From: Lingula anatina
Lineage: Eukaryota > Animalia > Brachiopoda
Assembly: GCA_051362555.1 (NCBI GenBank)
Contig: CM120647.1
Location: 4,278,001-4,342,000, forward strand
Direction: 5' to 3'
Length of the DNA: 64,000 nucleotides
Made by a program: the position numbers and the translations under genes. Positions 56,115 through 64,000 of the stretch are shown here, in pieces (within the stretch, counting starts at the first letter, position 1; every line of letters starts with the position of its first letter). Below the pieces are notes generated by a model. The model searched no databases and had not been told where the DNA came from. It worked only from the letters and a program-made list of their open reading frames with translations.

Positions 56115-57188
56115 CATTATTATTATACTTAAAAAAAGAAATATATCTGACGAGCATTTTTATTTTTATCTGATACAGCGTGGTTTAATAGTAACCATAT
56201 TGTGGGCAGTTATATGAGATTACAACGGTTCTTCTTAGACCGCATTCACATCGAGAAGATCCGAGGCTCAGCAAGGCCGAGACCTAAATATGGCGGACGT
56301 ACATGAAAGGAAAACCGCCTAATCCTTTAATGGTATCTCCGCCTCTAACACGCCTCCCCACGCGTCGTCCCTGCGGGGGTACAGTCATTAAATATTGGCT
56401 CCATTCGCCCGGAAGCTACCAGAGAAAAATTAAGTGCGCATGTCGATCAGTTTAACTCGAGGTGAAGAAAGCATGGCGGTGGAGGCGATCACAGAAAAAA
56501 GCTCTTCTGTTCTATTATCTTTCAAAACAGAGACGAAACAGGAATGAATTAGCCCGTAAAGCAGCAATGAATTGGCTATCTACGGCTCTTCTCGATGTGA
56601 ATGCGGTCTTAGGCTGGCTTAGGGACCATTCCCAGGCCCTATCGTACTAACTGTGGATTGATCTATCTCCAAGGGGATTCTCTCTAAATTACAGTAGACT
56701 TAAACGGTTTTAGAGAAACTACTTGGAGATGGATTGATCCAGTTAGATCGATCTAGGTATGAGAACCCACTCTTGTTCTCTGCGCTCGTTATGATGCACA
56801 GTTTACAAAGCGTGATAGAGGCACAATCTGTCAAAATGAATATGTTTGGTTTGACACCAACATATTTGGTTTTATGTATGATTAATATGCCATCATCTTA
56901 GCATTGTGTATATATGTATTGAATGTGTTGAAGCCACGCTTCCCTTTATTTCTCAGGCGATTGCTGACTTCATCGATAAGCATAGTCCCATTGCCCCCGA
57001 TGGAACCCGGATTGGTGCTTTGACGTTTGCCACTGATGTGGTGAGAGAGTTCGAGCTGAATGAACACACTGGTTTGGAAGCTGTTCTAGGTCATATTTAC
57101 GAGATTAACAATAGAAGTAAGTCAATCTCTTTCTCTACCTCTTTCCCAACTCTCTCTTTCTCTCTCATAAACATACAAACGCACACAT

Positions 57189-57229
<41 letters not shown>

Positions 57230-58063
57230 AACACACACACACACACACACACAAACACACACATACATTATTATGCACAAACATTTTTTTGTCTCTTTTT
57301 AGGGGGAGACACGAACATAGAACTGGCTTTAGAGACCGCACAGCTCATGTTTGAAGATGTTTTCTTGGAAGAAAGCCTGAAGCTAATATGGCTACATACT
57401 GACGGGGTGTCTAACCTGGGGGATCCGCGACCAAGAGCAACAAGGATTAAAAATCAAGGTTCGTATATCCCTGAAGCGTGTATATTGTGAAAACTATCTA
57501 ATCAATATTCAGTCCAAGTAAAGACTTCCGCTACTCTAAGTTGACTGATTATTGTTTCGTAAATAATTTGAAATGTCGAGGGCCAATCGTTCTGGAAAGG
57601 CTCTGTGACAAATTTTGTAGTTGACTTTTTCCGTACCCGATTTTAGTTATCTTCACAAAACCTTAAAACGTTATTGTGATCATGTCACCAGTAAACATGA
57701 TTTGAAAAAAATATAAATCCTTTTAAATGATCAGACCATAATTGATGTGATCCTTGAAACAGTTCTTATTCATCTTTACCATCTGAAAAGAATGGATAAA
57801 TGAAAGGGACCTATATGTATATTTTTTTGTTTGTTTGTTTGGATTATTCATAGTTTCTGTCACCATTTTTTTTATTAATTCCTTATCTCTATTTATTTCC
57901 AGGATGGTTTATCTGCGTGGTTTCTATTGGTAACCATGAGAATGTAGATGGAATCGACGACATAGCATCTCCGGGATGTGTTGTCAAATTTGGAAGTTTT
58001 ACAGAGTACGCAAATGTCGCAAGAATGGCTCTTGGCCAACCCCAAATTGAAATTTTTGGTTAA
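52964..58063 (+). CDS. Secreted single von Willebrand factor A (VWA) domain protein (5 exons, 234 aa)
   Basis: Exons 52964-53021, 55725-55894, 56957-57116, 57303-57458 and 57903-58063 total 705 nt with consistent phases. Signal peptide MKRFFALIVTAALLL; VWA motifs LDIVLALDSSSSI, TRIGALTFA, GDTNIELAL, LIWLHTDG, VVSIG and IAS; AATAAA at 58216. Confidence 0.9.
53524..54025 (+). mobile_element. 5'-truncated Tc1 element (3' end only)
   Basis: Encodes remnants DAWNAIP and EMPCRLRALATA, ends in the TIR AATATTCCATATTAAATGTCAAGTCTG-TA, and is an inverted copy of 54034-54535. Confidence 0.75.
54034..55693 (-). mobile_element. Full-length degenerate Tc1/mariner DNA transposon (~1.66 kb) in VWA intron 1
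   Basis: TIRs of about 28 bp, (C/T)AGACTTGACATTTAATATGGAATATTT, at both ends with TA flanks. Minus-strand remnants LPWSSKLPYLNHIDNM* (cf. Tc1 WPxxSPDLNPIENLW) and EMPCGLKALVAAR*G (cf. SMPRRLxAVIxAxGG); many stops. Confidence 0.82.
55725..55894 (+). CDS. VWA gene exon 2 (DxSxS MIDAS)
   Basis: GISTTASDFSDILKKIVSPCTTEQNNCKNPALDIVLALDSSSSINDTEFKMQKNATK; AAG|GTAATT donor. Confidence 0.9.
56238..56608. mobile_element. PIF/Harbinger-like MITE in VWA intron 2
   Basis: Perfect 22-bp TIRs GACCGCATTCACATCGAGAAGA and TCTTCTCGATGTGAATGCGGTC with a TTA TSD on both sides. Confidence 0.85.
56957..57116 (+). CDS. VWA gene exon 3
   Basis: AIADFIDKHSPIAPDGTRIGALTFATDVVREFELNEHTGLEAVLGHIYEINNR; tctcag acceptor and A|GTAAGT donor. 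Confidence 0.92.
57303..57458 (+). CDS. VWA gene exon 4
   Basis: RGDTNIELALETAQLMFEDVFLEESLKLIWLHTDGVSNLGDPRPRATRIKNQ; phase 1-1. Confidence 0.92.
57903..58063 (+). CDS. VWA gene exon 5 (stop)
   Basis: GWFICVVSIGNHENVDGIDDIASPGCVVKFGSFTEYANVARMALGQPQIEIFG then TAA; ttccag acceptor. Confidence 0.9.
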
Positions 58064-58846
58064 TTCTTCGTGTCTTTTGGAATCGCAATGGCAATATATG
58101 TACGAGATCCGTTCAGTACAAAAATGTGATTGTGCATTATATAAGTCATTGGTATAGAACAACAACAAGGACAGAAGCAGAACTGTCAAAAGCATGAAGA
58201 ATGCTGATTATCTGCAATAAATGTCATCACCTTGGTCATCGGGGTGTAATTTATCACGTATATATGTTCCTTAACTTGTACTTTGTAATTGCTTTGTATT
58301 CAGGAAAAGAACACCTTTAGTACCATGTCACCTTGGTTCTTTTAAATGCAATGCTCAAAAAAAAAAAAAAAAAAAAAAAAAAATGGTCGTAGAATAATTG
58401 CTCAATGTTCGGTCAGTTGTGTGCACGTAGGGAATTATTATTTTTTCACTCTCAAACGGGACCGCAGAGAGGTTGCCGTCCAATGTAAATGGAGGCTTTA
58501 TTTATACTGTACCTCCCTTTGTGAGGTCTACGTTATGCATGCAATTGAAACAATATTTTAAGTCAAAATATGGTGTCGTACTCCATCCAACTTCTATTAA
58601 ACGCCCGTGCTTTTTGCAAATAAAAGAAGCCTCGTACTTTGAAAATAAATATAAGAAAAAAAATGTATCGATCTGTTTGTATAAATATAAATATATTTAT
58701 AATAATAGCTTATTATTAAGTTTCAACCTACATTAAACAGGTAATAACTGATCCTAAAGCATTGGTAAAAGCAACAATCAAATACCCATTGTCAGCGACA
58801 CCACATTGAGTCTTTATGACTTCACTTAGCAACCTAAATAAACAAA

Positions 58847-58877
58847 CCCCCTGAAGATGCAATGAAACCGGTCGGGG
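58847..58877 (+). ncRNA. Minimal type I hammerhead ribozyme (Penelope-like element type)
   Basis: CCCC-CTGAAGA-tgcaat-GAAA-CCGG-TC-GGGG: intact core, 4-bp stem I, palindromic stem III (ACCGGT), GUC cleavage triplet and a vestigial stem II. Confidence 0.6.
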
Positions 58878-58900
58878 CAAAATAACTGCTGTTCTTTATT

Positions 58901-58902
<2 letters not shown>

Positions 58903-58970
<68 letters not shown>
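58903..58970. repeat. (TA)n microsatellite
   Basis: Read directly; a second (TA)n tract lies at 60579-60625. Confidence 0.95.
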
Positions 58971-58975
<5 letters not shown>

Positions 58976-60387
58976 GATTCAAACTAGCACGCTGGGCTGC
59001 ACTTTGTTTATAGAGACATCTATCGGTAGAATTGCAAAGCAATATCAACTAACACAATAACAGAATCGAGTGCCCTGGGAGCAGGAAGAAGAGGCTGGAA
59101 GTATCAGTGATTGTTTCTGTGACTATAGACACTGATATGAGTTCTCTTTGTTGGTCGCGTAATTTTAACATAATTTTTACAAAAGTGCTTTAATGGTTGT
59201 TTTATGAGTGAGAGTAATTAAACCATGCATCTTTGTTCATTGAAGACTGAAGTCAATATAATAACCTATGTCACAATGGCACTGAAAATAAAATTAAAAC
59301 AGTATATGTATTTATTTCATTTATCAGCTACAAAAAAAAAAAAAAAAAAAAAAATGAGAGAAAAAAAAAAAGATTCATCAACCAAGAATACGTAAAAAAT
59401 AACACCAATAAGTGCAACGTTATATTTAAAAGGAATGATGGCAATAATATGTGCATGATAATGTTCAACCACGTTCTGCACTGTACGTGGCCACATGCCT
59501 TCCCACACAATAGTTATACAACATTAAATACCTGAAAAGCCGACTTCGGCGGGGGACTGCCTGCCTCTGTCGATGCCGTTTTGTCTACTTTGACACGCAC
59601 GAAGCAGCCAAACTGCCCGGCGGTCTGTCCGACCTTCAACCCACCTCGACGCTCTTGTCGACCCGCTTTTCGTTACAAAAATCCTGGTATGTGCTGCTTT
59701 GGACAGAATGTCACAGAAATTTTGCCTTCGATAACCGCTGGCTGCCGCCAGCCTTTCGTATAATTGTAGAAAGATGATATCTCTATGCCCAATATCAATG
59801 GCATACCAATCCAAAACGATGGCCGACGTCCATCCTAGTGATGAATTTCACGGCAAAGCCGGCTTATTTCCATGTGGCGATAATAGGCATGCGCAGATAG
59901 TTCATTTTACGGCAAATTCAATAAGGACGTTTGCGACAACAGACTTCGTTGGGAGAGTTTTTTTTCAGTGCGCGCGGGATAAAGATTACTATTTATCTTA
60001 TGGATAAAGATTACTATTTAATTATATTCTCCAAACTTAACAAGCTCTCAATAAAGAAAAGATGCCATAGGGACAATTCAGATTGAGAAGAGCCGAGTGT
60101 TAGTAAGGCCGCGACCTAATTATGGCGGACTTACATGAAAGGCAAACCGCTTAATCCTGTAATGGTCTCTCCGCCTCTAACATGCCTCACCACGCATACT
60201 CTACTCGCCAGATATATTCATTTTATAACGTACGTATAATAAAAATGCATTAGAAATATCCCAAGGTAAGGTCACTGACGAGTGGAAACTAAAGATGAAT
60301 ACCTACATCAACACCCGATAAAGTAAAACTAAGTTTCTTTTGATGTTTTTAACATCTTGGAATCAGGGTTAACAAAGCACTGTTTAC

Positions 60388-60557
60388 CTTTGTTACATAT
60401 TTCTGCATCTTAAATTCAGTATCATTAATGCTCGAACTGCTGTCCATTGCGAAGACAATATCAAGAACAGGCTTGTTACAGTTAGTGTGCTCGGCGGTAC
60501 AGGGAGACACAATTTTCTTTAAAATGCCCGAGAGCTCGCTTGCCGTCGTTGATGTCC
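60388..60557 (-). pseudogene. Inverted orphan copy of VWA exon 2 with the start of intron 2 (to ~60205)
   Basis: 170 nt with 20 substitutions relative to 55725-55894, no indels, and both splice sites retained; no matching exons 1 or 3-5 seen on the minus strand in this window. Confidence 0.8.
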
Positions 60558-60576
60558 CTTGTTGATAGTTTAATAC

Positions 60577-60627
<51 letters not shown>

Positions 60628-60798
60628 GTTCCTTCCCACGGCCGCCTTGCAATGTGCAATGTGACGCAGTGCCTTACACAATATCAGTAATAGAAAGAAC
60701 AAAAACGCTCTCACTCTAAGGGCTCTTTTCTTATAAATCGATCCACCTGCACTAGAACCCTCACTGAATGCTATCAATTGAACAAATAAACTTCCCTG

Positions 60799-61408
60799 GG
60801 GCCGGTTTCACAAAGCATTAGTTAGTTAGCGATCGGTAGTTAGCCTCTAGCTAGTTATGAGTGCCGTTTCACGAAGCAATCGCTAGTTCTCTCGCTCGTT
60901 ATTGTCTCGTTGTTACCTTGGATATTTAACGACTGGTCAGACCAGTCGCTAACTCTAGAGTTTCATCGTACGCATGCGTAATGAGTGAAATAAAAAGGTT
61001 GCTTAGTTACCGTTGTCTGTCGTTTGTCTTTGTATCCAATATGGCGGCTACCTTTCTTGCTAACCGTACCGCCAGACGGCAACGTAGACTACGACGTTTT
61101 CATGAAAGGCAGAATCTATTAGAATATACACACGATGATGCAATTTACGAGAGGTTGCGCCTAGCTGTGACAAAAAGAGCGGCAAAAAGGTGGTGGAGAT
61201 CCTTTACGACGACCTCAAAGCAGACGTTCTTATGCATTTCCAGCCACCAAAAACTGGAGAGTTAGTGCTTTCGTGACACTTTTACGCAAGAGTTCCACTT
61301 CCGGCAGACGGTTTCGAGACTACGGTGAGTATATAACGAGAGAACTAACGACCGAACTTTACGACTGAACTTAGCGATAAGTTAACTACTGCTTTGTGAA
61401 ACCGGCCC
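60799..61408 (+). mobile_element. Internally deleted Harbinger transposon with a transposase N-terminal remnant
   Basis: TIRs GGGCCGGTTTCACAAAGCA and TGCTTTGTGAAACCGGCCC with a CTG TSD. The ORF remnant MAATFLANRTARRQRRLRRFHERQNLLEYTHDDAIYERLRL and frameshifted RSYAFPA and HFYAR pieces resemble Harbinger transposase N-termini. Confidence 0.8.
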
Positions 61409-62189
61409 CTGACCCGGTGTTGAGTAGAATACAAAAAAGGCCATGTTGGAAACAAGAGGAGGAATGTCAATCTATCAATCTGATTGCAGATTTCCTAAGA
61501 CCCCATAGAGTTTAGCAGCAAAGAAAAAGTGTGATTTATTTGGGGCAGTCCCCTTATATACATGTTCAGCTATGTGTACTTGGTAACCAGTCGGGATAGA
61601 TCATGCAAGCTTTAGGAAAGAGAATCAAACCAGGACACTGGCCTGCAATTAACATATAGAGACATATAACGAAAGAAATGCAAATCAATATCAACTAAAG
61701 CAATATTACTTACTAAGCCTCGGTCAGAACCTGCCGCACAGGCTCTTACGGCCTGTTTGCGTCCAAATTTTGCGCAGAATCTCACGTGCGTCTCAAGTTC
61801 TTCTTGCGAAATAGGGAGTTCGCAGACAGCCCATAAGCACGCACGGAGGATGTTGGACATGTCCAAAAGATTCTACGAATAATCTGCGAAAAGCGAGGCC
61901 GCAAACGTAACTTGCTCCACTCGCAAAGAATTCACGAGAAGTATGCAAGTGAATCGTGCGTGGTCCAAGACGCACGTCGTAAACAATGAAGGAGTAACAT
62001 TAAATGATTGAAACTGGTTATTGTTGTCAGCGTTGGATTTCCTCATAGCGATCTACACGTAACTATTTTGACCACGAACCTGGTAGGTAATATTAATGCG
62101 TTATCCGAACTAAAAGTTTCCAACGGTGTCCGTATTTCGAGCCCATTTCTAGATTACATTCATATCTAAAAATCTGCGCTGTTCCGGAC

Positions 62190-62536
62190 AAGGACGCCGT
62201 CCAAAGTAAAGTGGGTATAAGAAAAACAAATGCAGTGTATTGGCTCTCTCGCTCATGATAAGACAGGGTCAATTTTACACAGATAACACAAGGATAATAC
62301 AGTGATCAAAATGTATCACTTAAATTTTTTCAACAGATAGAACTACTCGAAAGTGAACATACAAACAGATTAATTACTACACTGTATATGAGGGGGGATT
62401 GCAATTGTAGTTAGCTGTATACTGAGTTCTTTTCTGCATTACCTTTCTTTCAAAGTGTATGGATTATCTATTGCGTCACGGTCCTATATGCTGGTTTTAA
62501 AAATAATGAATAGTATCAATAGACAAAAGAATAACA

Positions 62537-62567
<31 letters not shown>

Positions 62568-62615
62568 TAAATAAATAAATAAATAAATAAAGAAATAAAT
62601 AAATAAAAATAATAA

Positions 62616-62675
<60 letters not shown>

Positions 62676-64000
62676 AATAAATAAATAAATAATAAAACCA
62701 ATAAAAATAAATAAAACCAAAGTCCTGTTAACACCAATCCAAATCTGTTATTATATTATTTACAATGTATGTTCTTCATTGGAGTTCTAGTTGAATTTCG
62801 CATATACATGTATGCACGAGTATTTATAGCCAGACAGTTAGTCAAGTCGCCACTGCCATAGTTCCATGGGCCAAAGGAGTCTACGCATGGGTCTTTTAGA
62901 CTCCCCTTAATATGCGAAAACGACATGCACCGTATCTATTCCGTATGGTAATAAGCACTATAGTATCGGATTTGACAAGGACCATGGCGCATTAATCTTT
63001 TACTACAGGTTATACGTCACTTCCGGCCTTCCTTGTTTAGTAAGTTTGAAGCAAGAAGATTTGCATATAAGAGAAAAATGAAAATGAGTTTATTTTTTAA
63101 TTTTGAATCATTTGAAAATTTTAAAATAAATTTTAGAAATAAATTTGTTCATTAACCTCTAATTTGATGTGTTATTTTTCATATCAGGGTGAAATTTTAC
63201 TGCCTGGGGCCAGTTTTACATGCCTTCCCCCTGCTGCATTTTAGTGCTTATTTTGGCTGACTGGCGGCAGCACCTTACGGGTCAAGTCATGTCACTGGAA
63301 GGCTATGCCATTAATGTATCCTGATTTTTTAATATTGTTTAGGCCTTGAGTAGAAGTCTTCAAACCTTAGTGTTGTGTTTGTTAAAGCATAGAAAGTATT
63401 TTTAAGAGAATTAAACGTTACAATGGAAGTGAATGGGATTTTTAATAGTGGTTTGTAACCTACAGAGCTCGTCTCTTACTGTGGGTTTTTGAGCTTCAAT
63501 GGCTATATTACTCGAAATTCACATGGGCATGTCTTGTTCGTCATTCACTGAGACCCATAGATGCGAAATTGTCCAGACCAGCGCTGCGTTTGTCTTATAC
63601 TCTGCGTCTTATACATTTCAATAAATGTCAATTTCGAGATTTATAACATAGCCATTTGAAGCTCAAAAATCCACAGTAAGATATGAATGCGACATGGATC
63701 GTGTCAATCTCGCTTCTATGGAGTTCAGTAAATGGCGAAACAGACACAGCCATGCCATTTTCAGGACTTAAAACGTATGCAGCATGGGCCTCGTTAATTT
63801 CGCTGCGTATAGGGCTAAAAACATACGAAATAAACACGGTGCATGTCGCTTTCAAATGTCAAGGGGCATCTATAGGACGCACATACAGGCTCCTATGGGC
63901 CATGGTAGGAAAGAACATTCCTCCTGCAACATATTGTGTTATAATATCCTTAACTAGTCCTGAATTTTTAATATTTAAATAAAAAATAAAATGCAACTTC
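62190..64000 (+). repeat. Segmental duplication copy 2 of 50640-51820 (runs off the window end)
   Basis: Collinear with copy 1, with about 530 extra bp inside the MITE at 62864-63905. Confidence 0.9.

Noticed and set aside
60275-60290. CTGACGA-GTG-GAAAC hammerhead-like core
   Set aside because: No stems I or III; it arises from a deletion in the inverted intron copy.

Overview
This is AT-rich, intron-containing animal (invertebrate-type) genomic DNA with many microsatellites. It is not prokaryotic, and almost all ORFs in the supplied track are spurious. I reconstructed three spliced genes by hand. Two are odd-skipped-related (Osr) five-finger C2H2 transcription factor paralogues arranged tail to tail: Osr-A (+, 5246-11749, 7 coding exons, 402 aa) and Osr-B (-, 23157-30599, 6 coding exons, about 347 aa). 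They share intron positions and have near-identical finger 1-3 exons but strongly diverged N-termini, and only Osr-A has poly-Ala tracts and a PIDLS CtBP motif. About 20 kb of apparently non-coding, probably regulatory, sequence follows. The third gene encodes a secreted single-VWA-domain protein (+, 52964-58063, 5 exons, 234 aa) with a complete MIDAS and an RGD at an exon junction. It lies in a rearranged region containing a degenerate Tc1 element forming a roughly 1 kb palindrome in intron 1, an inverted orphan copy of exon 2, a direct duplication of the upstream region running off the window end, several MITEs, a Harbinger remnant and a minimal Penelope-type hammerhead ribozyme. No rRNA, tRNA or CRISPR features were found. 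All calls come from manual reading; no database searches were run.
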